Shown here one piece after another: positions 37,019 to 51,049 of a stretch of DNA of 64,000 nt. The translations under genes were made by a program, and so were the position numbers. Every line of letters starts with the position of its first letter. Within the stretch, counting starts at the first letter, position 1. Origin of the DNA: Lytechinus pictus (taxonomy: Eukaryota). The notes beneath the pieces were generated by a model, which was not told the DNA's origin, did no database searches, and worked only from the letters and a program-made list of their open reading frames with translations. The DNA lies in NCBI RefSeq assembly GCF_037042905.1, contig NC_087248.1, positions 5,084,001 to 5,148,000 of the forward strand, in the 5' to 3' direction.

Positions 37019-37439
37019 ACCACAAACTACAATATAATCATGGTAACAGGTCACGATTTATTTTTACACTCGTGCCATTTCATGTGTCTTGACGCTGGAG
37101 GTACGGTACTGTGCTCTTTTCTGTCAGATCGACAGTCCTTGACCATGTACACCGGGATGATGAGATAAATTAGGGCGAGAAAACAAGAATAGACCAGATA
37201 CCTGTCTCGATAGTTTGACTTAATTTTGATAAGAAGACAAGATCGTGTATATTTTGAAGTTGACCATAACATGGCAGGAAGAAGACAAGAATTTGAATCA
37301 TTGGGTTCCAACCAAGTCAACTTGATGACGACTAGAAGACAAGGAGAAAGGGTGATCCTGTATCCCGCAAAGTCGAATCGATGTGGACAATAAATTAAAT
37401 TCATGCCGGTCACGTCGTGTCCGTCAGGACAAATTCCAG

Positions 37440-37596
37440 GGGAGTGTTTCATCAACATTATCGTCCGACAAGTTGTCAGGTCTGACAACTTTCCTTGATT
37501 TTGATTGGCTGACAAGCACTGTTACTATGGTAACTGTTGTGTAAAACAGGACATGTCGGATAAAACGTCCGACAAGTGCTTTCATGAAACGCTCCC
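37440..37596. mobile_element. Harbinger-like MITE (second copy inverted at 43583-43726)
   Basis: TIR GGGAGTGTTTCAT / ATGAAACGCTCCC; 3-bp TSD CAG. Confidence 0.75.
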
Positions 37597-39303
37597 CAGA
37601 AATTTCATTACCCCGATTTGTCACAACAAAATGAAGAACAAAAAAATTCCCGGATGTCTGATCTGAGCGATTATTCGCACCGCGTCGCAGAACGAATTCT
37701 AGAACACAGTAAATGTATTGAAAATGACCTTCTAAAGCCGACGGACAGTTGGGAGGTCTTTGTCGAAATTCGGTGAACCGGAACAGCAGTTCGTCCAAAG
37801 TTTCGGAGCTGACGAAAAAATACAAATATGTCATTTGTCCAGAGTCCAGGACGAAACTGCTGTTTGATTCTCCAATTTTCAACAAAGACTTTTTGGTTGC
37901 TCATTGTCATGAAGGGCATTTAGCAACACATTATTTTTCTGTGTTGTTGGAAGCGTTCTGCATCGCAGTTTCGATAATCCCCAATGTCTTCACCCACGTG
38001 ACCCAAGTCGAAAAAAAAATCTTAGATCTTGTATTATTGTGTTATTTGTCTTCTGGTTTTGACTTGATCAACTTGACAAGGTCCTCATCTCACTGCGCAT
38101 TTAAGTTTTAGTAAGTGTTTTCAACTTCAAGCTCTAAAGATGGGCGGGGTGGCATAGGTTCATAACAATATAGCCACATTCTCATAACTTCGAGCGCAAA
38201 ATTCAACAGATCATTAGACAAAACGATAAGAATTAAACATAATTATCTTTGTACCCCACTTTTCTTTCCTTCCATTCGCTTTTTTGTTCTCTGTCACTGT
38301 GACAATCATCATTGTGACAATATTGATATGTGTTTGGTTTGATCGAGGGTTATTTATCAAATTTCGTGTACTACTTTCTCTTTCATTATTATACATGCAT
38401 GTCTTGTTAATTTTATAAATATGATCACGGTAATTATAATGTGTATAACATTCCTTTGTATTACAGATATCTTATTTCTTGATTAGTTTGAATTTATTGG
38501 TAATCATTGCAATCATTTAGAGGNNNNNNNNNNNNNNNNNNNNNNNNNNNNNNNNNNNNNNNNNNNNNNNNNNNNNNNNNNNNNNNNNNNNNNNNNNNNN
38601 NNNNNNNNNNNNNNNNNNNNNNNNNNNNNNNNNNNNNNNNNNNNNNNNNNNNNNNNNNNNNNNNNNNNNNNNNNNNNNNNNNNNNNNNNNNNNNNNNNNN
38701 NNNNNNNNNNNNNNNNATCGATTTTAAAGCAAGTCCCCACCAGTTGGTAATTCAAAACATCAAATTTTAATCTGACGTGATTGTGAATAACGTTATCTAA
38801 AACAATATGCAATACTTATATCCCGTTATAAACGTTCCGTGTGGGTTTGTCCAAGTTGATTATCATCATTATTATCAGTAGTATTATATCATTTTGTTCA
38901 TGATTCATAATCATATTTTGTCAATTCGATATGATATTTTGTTCATATATTTTGGTGGTGTTGGATTTTCATAAAACTTTTCTTATATTTTCTCTGGCTC
39001 CCCATTGTTTGTTATTTTCTTTTATGTTCATTGTATTCTTTGGCAAAACTCGAAGGATCGCAAGTGAAATTAAATGAATTTATCGTTATTCTGTTTTTGT
39101 TGTTCATGATATCATCAGGTAAATGATAACTGGATGATAATGATAATAAATAATGGTTANNNNNNNNNNNNNNNNNNNNNNNNNNNNNNNNNNNNNNNNN
39201 NNNNNNNNNNNNNNNNNNNNNNNNNNNNNNNNNNNNNNNNNNNNNNNNNNNNNNNNNNNNNNNNNNNNNNNNNNNNNNNNNNNNNNNNNNNNNNNNNNNN
39301 NNN

Positions 39304-39480
39304 ATGATGATAATGAGAATGATGATGGTGATGATGATGATAATGATGGTGATGGTGATGACGACGATGATGATGACAGTAATGATGGTAATAATGATGA
39401 AAGAGATGATGATGGTGTTGATGGTAATGATGATGATGACGATAATTTGTATAATATTTATCATGACGATGATTATTAAT
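39304..39480. repeat. Degenerate (GAT)n low-complexity tract next to an assembly gap
   Basis: Direct inspection. Confidence 0.9.
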
Positions 39481-40090
39481 ATAATTATAATAGTCATGAT
39501 AATTACTGTAATGATAAAATTACCTATAGTCTACCTGGACCATTCACTTAATTAAAAAAAAATTATTTTTTTAAAGATAATGTTAAGGTAATGATAAAGA
39601 AATTTGCTCCATCATAAAGGTCACAAAATTGGTTTTGAAGTCAAAATAACGAAAAAAAAAATCAAAAATCAAAGGCAGACAACTTTAGAAATTTGCAACT
39701 TCTATTTTTTTTTATTCTGAACCAAAAACTCTATTATTACAACCCTAACTCTAACCCTGTGCCCGGAGCAAATGTCGTGCCACCAATCAGGTTGTCAATA
39801 TCAATTAAATTCTTAAAATCACTGAATTAATGAGTTTGCTTGTAGATTGCTGTGTACTTGAAGTAAAAAAGGGAACTTGTCCATACTCTAAGCCTCTAAC
39901 GGCTGTTTCGTGTGATGGCGCTATAAATGAGAAATGTCTGTAGACGTAGACAGCATAGAGACTGATATACAACATATATCTCTATTGTAGACAGGTACTC
40001 GTATTCAGATCATAGATATGAAATCCACCCATCAGGTTAATACCGCAGTTACATTTGCTCTACGGCGGCCGTTTTATTCATTTTTTTTAA

Positions 40091-40676
40091 AGGAGAATGA
40101 AACCCTTGAAACCAGCTGAATCCATATCAAAGAGAAAAATCAAAGAAACATATCGTTGAAAGTTTGAGGAAGATTGAATGAATAATAAGAAAGTTATGAG
40201 CATTTAAATATTGAGATCACTAATGCCATGTAGATCTTCCCATTGGCAATGCGACCAAGATCTGTGATGTCACACACGTACAACTCCCTCATTACTTTAG
40301 TACTTATTTCACTTATATTCTCACTTTTATAGAGTCTATCACAAGGTGAGGTGTTCTCTTTATATGAGAGGACAAGTACAGAGGTTTCACAACATTATAT
40401 CATTGATGAATCGTTTGTCATATGATTAGAATGAGCAAAAAGAGATGTTTTGGGGTATATTTTCAGTGTCCAAATGGGGAGAGTTGTTCATCTGTGACAT
40501 CATAGATCTTGGTCGCATTGTCAATGGGAGGATCTCCATAGCATTAGTGATCTCGACATTCAAATGCTCATAACTCTTCTATTGCTAGTCCTATTTTACT
40601 CAAACTTTTGTTGATCTTATTTTTTGATTTTTCTGCTTTCACAAAAGCTAACTTGCTCCAAGAGTTTCATTCTCCT
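40091..40676. mobile_element. Kolobok-like non-autonomous element with long TIRs
   Basis: TTAA|AGGAGAATGAAAC ... GTTTCATTCTCCT|TTAA, with an extended inverted repeat (ATTGGCAATGCGACCAAGATCTGTGATGTCACA / TGTGACATCATAGATCTTGGTCGCATTGTCAAT). Confidence 0.8.
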
Positions 40677-42479
40677 TTAAATTCAAACCGTCTAAATGAA
40701 TATGGTACCAAAAAAAAAAAACATTTTAAGACTACTGTTTTCGACTCGCCGTAGAGCAAAGGTAGAGCAAATGTGACTGAGGATGTATAAGAGCTCGAAG
40801 CAGCGCAGAGCTGCAAAGACTCTTTACCTAAAAGATAGCCAACTGCAATGTACATGCCTATTCGCTCGGATTTCCACGTTACGCTATAGCGCATACAAAT
40901 TAGTCTCTCTCAATGTTCAATCGCTTAAAATATAATTGCAACAAATACAAATCATGGGGTATACTGTACATTCTCAGTAGTACAGAGAACCACCTTTTGT
41001 CGATGAAAAAAAAATAATAATCAAACGTCCAGTCTACAAACAGATTTTTAAAAGGACACTAGATTCACTGTATTTCTTATTCAAATCGATGCAAAAGACT
41101 AAACCCCCGACATCAACCCCACCAAAAACAAATCCGGGAAGGGGGGGGGGGGGGACTCCATACACCCCCCAAAAAAAAAACCCGGGAGAAGACAGAAAAG
41201 GAAAGAAAAGGGGGTGAAATATGATTTCTGAATGCCAAAATCTGATAACGAATTAGATGTTAGATATCAAAAATTATTTTTTTTTTTGGCTCACTGGCAT
41301 TGACCTATTCAGAACTTTTTTTGCTCATTACTCCACTGCATCCCCCCCCCCCCCCATCTTGCTGTTTTTATTTGCAAACTGCAATTTTCACAACCTCTTA
41401 AGGCAATTAGCACTGGATTAAAAAAAAACGTAATAGAATTCTAGCAAATGAGACAACAATATGTTTACTGTTATGGGTTGCGGTGATCCTGGGTAGCAGC
41501 CTCCCCCCTCTCGAATTTAGAATTTCGTAAAGCAGGCCGTCCAAAAATCTCATGAAACTGCTGCACATGACATTGTTAATGATAATAGGTCCATCACATT
41601 CTTTTAATTTTGCAAACTTTATAGCTGTTTGTTTGTTTATTTATTTGCCGATTATAAAAAAAACCACAATGCATAAATATATATAACATGAATAAATAAC
41701 ATAAATGGCATTAATTGAAATCAACAAAATTAATTGCAAATATGTTGAATAGATAAAATAAATAAAATGATCGAATTGAAGGGTCAAATAAGATTTATTC
41801 TGCCATGTGTAGTTTCCCTTTATTCACTACATTCATCTCTTGAACCTTTTAAAAAGCCGACTCCAGAGTTGTACTACAGATTTCCGACCCCCCCCCCCGA
41901 AAAAAAAGCATGAAAGGTAGGGTACGCCGGGTATCAAATTTAAGCCCATTGTCATTTGGCCTAATCAATGCAGGACCCTAGAAATCACAAAAAAAAACAA
42001 ATCTGTTCTTTTTTATTGCCAGAAATAAGTTGAATTTCATAGGCATATTTGACTATCCTTCTTTTTCTTCTTCTGGAAACAGTAGGCCTACACTAGGCCA
42101 CCGTCTGATATACTCGTGTCGTATACTGATTCATGACGTGAAAAAATTATTGATTTTTTTTCTTATATTTTGTTTTATCTTTCATTTATTATTTAAAAAA
42201 AATGAATGAATGGATGAATGAAAAGAATAAAAACATTGGTAATTTCTCAATGCTTTGTATGGAGGTATTTATTTGTTATAATTTTGGGGGGCGATGCATT
42301 CCTTGCTTAATAGATAGACCCTTTAGCATTTACTAATTTCCATCCCCCTCATAAAAAAATAAGAAGAGCTGGACCGCCTGGACGCAGTATTAAATGATCT
42401 TTCGTCAAAATTTGAACCCCATTCAACCCGTCTTCATAGCAGAAAAATTACGAAAAAACGTCATTATTAAGACTAGAAC

Positions 42480-42640
42480 CTCATCTCGAGGCGGATGTGT
42501 ACGTACGTGTGAACGTAAGTAGCGCCGCGTGATATATCTTTCATTGTGAAAGTCCTACAGTGTGAGGAAAGATGGATACGTGTTGACGTCGCGCAGTTCC
42601 GGCGATTTTTTAGAAGGGAACGGACTAATATTTCATCAAA
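42480..42640 (+). promoter_or_regulatory. CpG-rich promoter/5'UTR of the mannosidase gene
   Basis: Local CpG cluster, CRE-like TGACGTC (~42584) and ETS-like TTCCGG (~42597) immediately upstream of the ATG. Confidence 0.4.
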
Positions 42641-43243
42641 ATGAACACCAAAGGACCAATACTACCTCTTCAACAGAGGTATTCTAACGGTGTCCCGTTG
42701 GGATATACCCGCTCAGGACTAAGAGCATCAGAACGATACGTAGTTTATCTACTTTTTCTTGTTTTTATGAGTGTGTGTTACAGTGCAGTGTTTCTTGTGC
42801 CGGAGCTTCGGGGACGTGTCAACTCGTTCGTGGACTCGCCCGAGCAGCTATTCAAGCCGGGTGGCAAGGAAGACACATTTCCCGGTCATCTGCATTTAGA
42901 TGCTGGAAACCAGGATGTACATTTAGAACAAGATAGGAAAAGAATAGAGCTACAAATTGCCCAAGATAGGGCGCTGCAGCAAGCAAGAGGGGCCTTAAAT
43001 CATGAAGGAAATGATGGAGGAGCAGACGAAAATATGGATCAACATCAAATTGATAGTATTAAAAAAGATATTAATGAAGACAAGGTGAAATTTTTAGAGC
43101 AGCAGAAAAAGCAAGTTGAGGAAGATCTTCAAGCTGCGAGGAAAGGTGGAAAAGATGCTTTAGCTGCAAAAGGATATTTTGAGAGAACAGATGGTGATCC
43201 AAATGATATGGATGTTAAAAGCAAACGCGATCATATACGAGAG
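42641..43243 (+). CDS. MAN1A: Mannosyl-oligosaccharide alpha-1,2-mannosidase (GH47, Golgi MAN1A-like), exon 1: cytoplasmic tail, TM, stem
   Basis: PILPLQQRYSNGVP..LRASERYVVYLLFLVFMSVCYSAVFLVP type-II TM N-terminus. The stem ends KRDHIRE, followed by the donor GAG|GTAGAC (phase 0). Confidence 0.85.
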
Positions 43244-43569
43244 GTAGACATCTCCAATTGATCTCTTATTATTTTTTTACATGTAGAATAATGTGGGCAA
43301 TACATGTATGTCTGGCATTCTCTGGCTTTAATATACAGGCATTTTGTTTCCCATTCTGTTAAATAGATATCTATTCTATATGTACATGTACGTGTATAAC
43401 TTGTCAAAGGAAGAAATGAAGAAGAGGCAAACAAGAGTTGATTTGAAATGATTGCAGAATACCCTACTACTATTTCTAGCTAGACTGCATGCAAACATGT
43501 GCTCTTCATTTTGAATGCAGGCTGTCTACACTTACATGTATGTGGCAGGGTATTCCATAATCTTTTAAA

Positions 43570-44789
43570 AGGGGTACTCCAGGGGGGCGTTTCATGAAAG
43601 GACTTGTCGGACGTTTTATCCGACAGTTACCATAGGAACAATGCCTCTCAGCCAATCAAAATGATTGAAAGATGTCAGATCCGACAACTTGTCGGATGAA
43701 AGTATTACTATTGATGAAACGCTCCCCTGGCTGAAGATAACATGATTTGAAGAGACGGAAAAAGGTAAATCAGACAAACAAAACAATGAAAATTTGATCA
43801 AAATCGGACAAGGAATAACAAAGTTACAAGTAATATTAGTACTCCAGTTGTTAGATTTGCATTAGTTATGTGAAACACTTCTATTCATCTGTCTCGTCTT
43901 TCCGTTTATGCCCACAATCATATTTATTATTGCATATGAATGTCAGGATTGACTTGACCTGAATTTTGCCGGGACCGGCAGGTGCAATACACCGGGTGCA
44001 TACACTCTTTGATGAATAGTGTATTGGTTTTTAACGTGCATACATGTACATGTAGGTTGTGACTCTCCTATACACGGGACCAACATTTGCGTCCTTTCCG
44101 ATGGACGGAGTGTTTTCCAACAGCATTCACACCTGCACTGAATACAGTGGTGAGGCACGGTTACAACGCTCTAGCATCAGATTTTTTGTTAGACGCGTTT
44201 GGGCATGAGCGGGACTCAAACCCCTCACGTTGAGATAGATCTACGATCTTATCCGAAACATACACTCTAACCGACTGAGCTACATGTACGCTGCCTCTTC
44301 ATGAATATTCAATGAGTGAACTGGTGATGTCATATCCCAATTTGTTCTTTTGTATTTTAACATGAAATTATGTTTACCCTTATTTTGTCATACAAGATTT
44401 AAAAATATTGGATTCACAATCAATTTAAGTCTTTTGACATTCATGGATACATCTTATTTCATTATAATATAAGAGAGACATATTATGCACACATGCTTTA
44501 TGATTTCATGTACATGTAATAAGAAGAGTGGAAGTGGGACATGACATCAGCACACCTAATGAATGACCTGCATAAAACTATTTTCACAAATATTGCAAAC
44601 TTTAAAACTCAATTTTTATTTTTATCAGAAAAATGGTGACATTTTCAGCATTTTGCCCAGTAAATTTTACTCTATTTACATATTATATTGCGGCTTAAGC
44701 GCCATGAGCACCAAAAGGTGGACCTGTGCGCTATATAAGTAGCCACCATTGTTATAGAGGTATAATAATTTTCAGTCTGGTGTACCCCT
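43570..44789. mobile_element. Kolobok-like MITE containing a nested Harbinger-like MITE (43583-43726) and a SINE
   Basis: TTAA..AGGGGTACTCCAG ... CTGGTGTACCCCT|TTAA. Confidence 0.65.
43940..44296 (-). mobile_element. tRNA-derived SINE (Meta-domain-like)
   Basis: The minus strand has TAGCTCAGTCGGTTAGAG (A-box), GGTTTGAGTCCC (B-box) and TCGGAAAGGACGCAAATG. Related to 56089-56424. Confidence 0.65.
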
Positions 44790-45559
44790 TTAAAATAGTG
44801 TGTTGTCATACATGTATGCCAAGCAGTCATGAAATGACTGTAATCTTGCTTGTGTGATGCTGAGTGTACACTACATGTATCTTAGAAATAAAATGGATCG
44901 AAGACTTTGTAAGCTTATCTGTATCTCTGATCATAAGCTAATTTCCAGGAGTGACACATCTCACTATTCCTGGGCTTTTGTTGAGCACACATCAGCCTTT
45001 GCATAGGCCAGAATGATATCAGTGAATCAAGGCAGTTCTTTCCTGATGGGGGGGGGGGGGGAGTAAAACTCAAGAAAATGTGGAAGTAATGAGGAAGCAA
45101 ACCAAGATTGAAGTTCAAGGATCTAGTGAACAATTTGGATGGATTCATCTAGAAATATGGTTTGATGTGATGTGAGACATCCATGTAGGTATTGCCTGAC
45201 TCCCCCCCCCCCCCCTCTCTCTCTTATTGCTATGGGATGAACAGAATGTTTGATGTCATGAAAACCACATGTACAGTAAAGTGCCCTACAAGTTGTAAAG
45301 TTTTTACAGTTATGATAGTTTGGTAAACTTCTGTTCAAACTTGAGTTCTCAGGATTCTCTGCCATATAAATGTGATAGTCAAATTCAGTTAATTTTGTTG
45401 ACAAATTTCAACTAATGTAGAGATGATGGAGACGTGTGTGTTTTAAATTTAATTTCATCCATTTTGTCAATAATTCCAAGTGAGTTTTAGAGGATTCCAT
45501 TCTCAAATGAAGGCTGAAATCAAATATTGGTTAATTTCCTTTTTAGAAAGTCAAAAGGG

Positions 45560-45598
45560 GCCTAAGCTTTCGATCCTAGCAGAATCTTCGTCGGAGGC
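45560..45598 (-). ncRNA. Minimal type-I hammerhead ribozyme-like motif (Penelope-type), within the inverted repeat 45543-45639
   Basis: The minus strand reads GCCU-CCGACGA-A-GAUUCU(GCU)AGGAUC-GAAA-GC-UU-AGGC: stem I, core (U4C variant), stem II, GAAA and palindromic AGCU stem III. Confidence 0.6.
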
Positions 45599-46670
45599 AA
45601 TGCTAGGATCGAAAGTTTAGGCCCCTTTTGACTTTCTAATTTACTCAATTGGCTCTCTTTTATTAGATAAGCAGTTTTCAGCAGCTTCTTTTTGCCATTA
45701 ATTTCCTTTTTAATAACTTTTAATATGAGATTGTAATAGTGTAGTAAAAATGTACAGTAATCCAAAGTTATGGAAGTGATGGGTAAGACAGATCAATCGT
45801 TGGATCAAAAGAGATGTCATCAAGTGTGAAGAAACAATCATACAAACGTTAAATTTTTTAAAGAAAATTTTCATTTCACAAGTGCTACAACATTTAGAGA
45901 ATCAAAGTTTGAATACATCGTCGGGTAAAATTAAACAGCATACAGTGTAACAAAGATCCGTTGAATGAAAGATGATTGGTATTATTAATCTGGTATTTCC
46001 ATTAACAAGAATGTAAAAGTAATGAATTTATCAATATCATCTGATTATATTTATAACAAAGTTTGTCCCTGACAAATGACAATTAAAATTTTGTATTTTC
46101 TTCTATAAAACAAATTTTAAGCATGGTATTGGGCAAAAGTTTAAGGGACATGATAGTACATAATTTCTGATATGTAACCACTGAATTTGTAAGATTAATA
46201 TTCAAAGGGCTTTCATTTTAATAGAAAACAAATTGACAGAGAATGGGTGCTATTTTTTAATCAAATGAATTAGCAAATGAAAAGTGATATAATAGTCACT
46301 ACACTTAAAGTGTAAGATTTTGGAGGTAGAATAATAATTCAATTCTAATTCTTGGCTATTTTCCTTTATAGTCTAGGCAGGATTTGCAATGGTACTCTGT
46401 ATTTATAGCCAAGTATTATTTATAAAGGTTCCTTTCGAAATTTGCATTGTGGTATTAGTTTTGGGTCAAGTTTGGTAAATGCATTCATGAATATAATGTA
46501 TCATTTGTGTTAAATGAAATTCCACAGAAAAAGTATGTAATGTTTATCAGATCAACAGTTAATATAGAAAAATCCAAGTTTTGCATTTCCTCTCTTATTC
46601 AAAATTCCCTTTTTATGAAGATATCTACAATAATACTGTACACCAAACTTTTAATCTCTTTTGATTACAG

Positions 46671-46886
46671 ATGATGTTACATGCCTGGAATGGCTATGTA
46701 AAGTATGCGTGGGGTGCCAATGAACTTAAGCCTATTGCCAAGACGGGTCATTCAGCAAGCATCTTTGGGCGTTCCGCCATGGGCGCCACCATCATTGATG
46801 GTATCGATACACTCTTCATCATGGGTTTGAGGGACGAGTACCAGAAAGCAAGGAATTGGATTGCCAATGAATTCAAATTTGATGCA
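46671..46886 (+). CDS. MAN1A: GH47 alpha-1,2-mannosidase exon 2
   Basis: TTACAG|ATG acceptor; MMLHAWNGYVKYAWGANELKP..GATIIDGIDTLFIMGL.DEY; donor GCA|GTGAGT; 72 codons, phase 0. Confidence 0.95.
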
Positions 46887-46938
46887 GTGAGTATCCATTA
46901 ATAGGCCTGTTCATTCTATGTTCAGTAAAAGAGATCAG

Positions 46939-47227
46939 GGGCAGATTGCACGAAAGGGTCTTTGCAAGAACTGTCATTCGTGTCACCCATTTATTGTGTT
47001 GCTCAATGTGAGACTCATTTTGAATACATTACCGTACATGTACCTGCAAACATATTTTATTCATCTGTTAAAGTAAACAAAGTCTTTGTTTATAAAATGA
47101 TGTGATATCCCATGAATTTATATAAAAATTGATTTAAAAGCTAACTAAACAAATTTTATTTGTTTATCACAAATTTCAGAAATATCCCTCATAGTGCATC
47201 ATAAAGACCCTTTCTTGCAATCGGCCC
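46939..47227. mobile_element. Harbinger-like MITE
   Basis: TIR GGGCAGATTGCACGAAAGGGTCTTT / AAAGACCCTTTCTTGCAATCGGCCC; TSD CAG. Confidence 0.7.
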
Positions 47228-47286
47228 CAGTTCTCCATGTAGGACAACTTTAATACTAAATGGGTTCATTATTGCGGAATGAAATA

Positions 47287-47545
47287 ATCGCTAGAGGGTA
47301 TTCATTTGTCTCGCAATCTACATGTACGATGGTCAACAAGGAAATTCGTGATCACTCTCGCAAAAAGTGTTCACTAGCTTTCTAGGAAATTCGTGATCAC
47401 TCTCGCAAAAAGTGTTCACTAGCTTACAAGTTCACGAGCTTTCGAGTGCCGCTGCAACTCTTTATCAACACTTTTTGCGAGAGTGATCACGAATTTCCTT
47501 GTTGACCATAGTAGATTGCGAGACAAATGAATACCCTCTAGCGAT
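47287..47545. mobile_element. TA-flanked MITE with ~80-bp TIRs and an internal ~45-bp tandem duplication
   Basis: ATCGCTAGAGGGTATTCATTTGTCTCGCAATCTAC... is mirrored at ~47467-47545. Confidence 0.8.
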
Positions 47546-50500
47546 TAGGACAACTTTATTTGAAATTTTTGATTTTACAAACATGTACATGTATGTGGAC
47601 ATCCTGACTCCTGGTTGGTGAACCACCTTGTTCATTGACCAGTGTGATTCTAAAATGTGAGTTTTTATGGTGTACATAATTCTTGATTGTGATAATTTAA
47701 TTCTTTCAAGATAATGTTAAATCTTTATATTTTACTATAACAGTATTGCAATAATAGTGTTGTATTATCTGCAGGAAATCATTTCTTCTTCATCTGCATT
47801 CTGAATATGATCAGTATTTTATACAGTGTGTAGTTTTTATGCATGCTTATAAAGGACATGTAATGCTATGGTCACAAATACATGTACCTTGATATTAAAA
47901 AATGAACACTGTACAAATAATTTTATACATGATAGCAATAATCCTTCGTACAGCGTACGTAGATGTATTTGTGACCATAGCATTAACATACAAGTTCAAT
48001 TCAGTTTTGTGACTTTGAACTTTTCAACACAATAATACATGTTTGAAGTATTACAGTTTGTAGTGTGTTGTTGAGTTATGTCAACAAAGAGACACACACT
48101 TGTGATGGTCAGATACTGTACAAGTGCAACCTTTGGTCAGTCTTCTCAGTTTTATTGAAATTAAAAGATAGTTATTTAAAAAAATTGATAGTACACATAC
48201 ATGTAGTTGATATATGAATGAACTGATATAAAAAGAATAATGATAAACACATACATGTATGCAGTACACATGAAGGCATGATAGTCATGTTGAGTACTTT
48301 ACATGTATGTAGGCCTAAATTTCATTTTTTTTATGGAGAGAAGTACATGTATGTATGCACATTTACTGTACATGAGGATTTGGTCATTTGAGTATCTTAA
48401 TTTCATAATCATCATTGATCATCATCATTCATTATCATCTAATTTTACACGTACATGTAGGTGATGGCACAGAATACTGTAACAGTGTAACTCTTGTGAT
48501 CTGAGTATGTTCCCTATCCAAGTATCCTTCCTCAGATTGGAAAGAAAGCTACATGACATCCAATTTGCCTCGTAAGAGACAAATGTGTGTGATTTGTCCT
48601 AACACCATCTCCACCATAAACTTATTTTGCGGAAATTATGTACATGTACATGCCTGGAAATGTATGATGCTGGGGATTCAATTCCAAACTTTTCAAAAGA
48701 AAAGCTGTGAAAATATTTCATGGCTTATTATTCAATTACTAGCCTACAGTATTTAAGTGAAAAAATGCATGAAGCATGTTTTTTTTTAGCATTGTCCTTT
48801 GAAGTTCTCAGTACCCATATACCCAGCACAAAAATAACTTTGATTGCCTGTTTTACAAGCACTTTATAATGCTCTCAGCTTGCCAGGAAAATTCTGTTTT
48901 TACATCACCCAGATGAGTTGAAATTCAATAATCTTGTAATATTCCCCCAACATACTCTTCTTCGCACTTGAAGCTCTGCCGTGCCCCGGTATCGTAATTT
49001 GAGCAAAGTGTTGCTGCTAATCTGCGTAAAATTGTTAGGTAAATGCAGGCTAACGAGATTAGAGTGGGTTGTTATTGATTCAGGAGGATATTTTTCTTTT
49101 TGTTTTTGTTCATTGGTTGCTACTGTTCTTCCTCCTTTCTAATGGGGTATGCATGCCGTAGGGTACTGGAGCTAGGTCGGAGTGTGCATGCACGGTGTCT
49201 GAAGGTGTTGGCTAACAGTGCTGCATCAATGACGATTTTAGGAGGAAAGGGGATGGGGGTTGATGATTGATCCCTGCAGGATGTTGGCTCTTTATCCCTT
49301 TTCAAATTTCATCTTCATAAACCTTTTATAATATTTTTTTTTCTGGATGCCGATGCATAGTCATCTATAGCAGGAGGTGTGAAGTGTGACCTCCCCACCC
49401 CCTTCCCCGCTGAAAAGGGATTAGGCCTACATGCAGGCCTAATGCTCTTTAATACCATTCTTCAGAGAGATGAACAACTAGGTTGTATTTGAACATTACT
49501 TTGGTGTTACTTGATTCATATCCATAAAAATCTTACAAATATTTTGTTTTGAAATTTACATGTCGGCATGTACATGTAGGCCTACATGTTACTTGCAATA
49601 ATGAATTTCAGATGCATCGTACACTATTAAAAAACGTGTGAATTTGACACTGTTATTGAAATGCAGAGAGGTTTTTCACACTCAAGCAGCACACGCACCT
49701 CTCACACCCTTGAAGCGCTGCCCTTGGACCTGTCACTGCATACAGATTATATTGTAGATCTACACGTATATACAGTGTGTGGGCCTACTTCTGTACAGTC
49801 TAGCGTCACAAGCAATATCCACTCTGTGCAGTGATTAATACAGTCATTTCCAAAGTGTTTCCTTGGCTATGTTCATTCCACAAGATTTTACCCCAGAAAC
49901 ACCGTTTTTAAAGAAGTTGAGTTCAAGGCTTCAAGCCACATTCAAGCAATTTCTTGTAAAATCTAAACATGGAGTTGCTGAAAAGGGTATGTTTTGGAAG
50001 TCAATTCTGCAGAACCAGATATATGCTTTTAGATATGAGCAACAGAAATCCCAAATATGTTTGATTTTTTAATGATTATCATAATACAGACCTGCTTCCA
50101 GTTCTTGGTCCCTATTAAAGACTTACTTTTAATAACAAATGCACAATTTTTTTATTAAACAAGTTTACTATCAGCATATTAAATTCAATGTTTTCAGTAG
50201 CTGTGAACTGTGCAAACTATATCCAGTTTTATCAAACAGGCCCCTGATAATATGCATCATGCACTCCAAGATGACTAGACAATTCCTGGTTCAAACTGCA
50301 TGGTGGGTGGGCTTGGAAATGGAATAATGCTTGAACACTGACCCTCCGTGACCATCTTCTCTGTTTGCCCTTTGAATTGATGTGTCACGATCCTAACTTA
50401 AATTTGAACACAGCTCTAGTAATGTACAAGAACAAGTAATCATGAGATCGGGTTCGGTTGACTGTCTTCCTCATTCCTGCTCCGTAGTAGCAGTAGGACA

Positions 50501-51049
50501 GGAAACTATGCGTAATTGGTTGTGGATGCCCCCTTCTATTTTCAGCATTGCCTGCGTGTGTCCTGAAGTGCACTATTACTATTGAATTCTTACACTGAAA
50601 AGGACATACAGTACATATAAAGCTATAGTACACAAAGGTACAAAGCTATGCAGTGTACCTGTACATGTATGTGTAGGAGATCTGCAGAAAAGTCAGGAAG
50701 CATAATCAAACTTTGGCAGGTGCGGTGCGGGCGCATCCTGTAAAATTTGATATTATAATGGTGCTTCCCATGGAATGCCTTCATCGCGCACCCAGTAAAA
50801 TGGGCAAGGACCCCTTTTTTTCTTTCTTTTCTCTTTGCTTGTCAAATTTTGGACGAATTTGCACCCTGTAAAACTCTGACTATGGATTTTTGCCTGTTAT
50901 TCAGGTACACTTTATCACCTATTAAGATAGGATGAGCATTTTGTAGAGTACAAGCAACCACCCACCTACATGTACATATACCTGTACATGTAATACAAGT
51001 AGGTTTTCAGTTTTGAGGGGGCTGAAGTGAGCATACAAACAGTTTGACA

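Noticed and set aside
37051-38111. Overlapping 120-154 aa ORFs downstream of the TRIM-like gene
   Set aside because: No recognisable motif, non-ATG starts, and they run through a MITE; not supportable as CDS.
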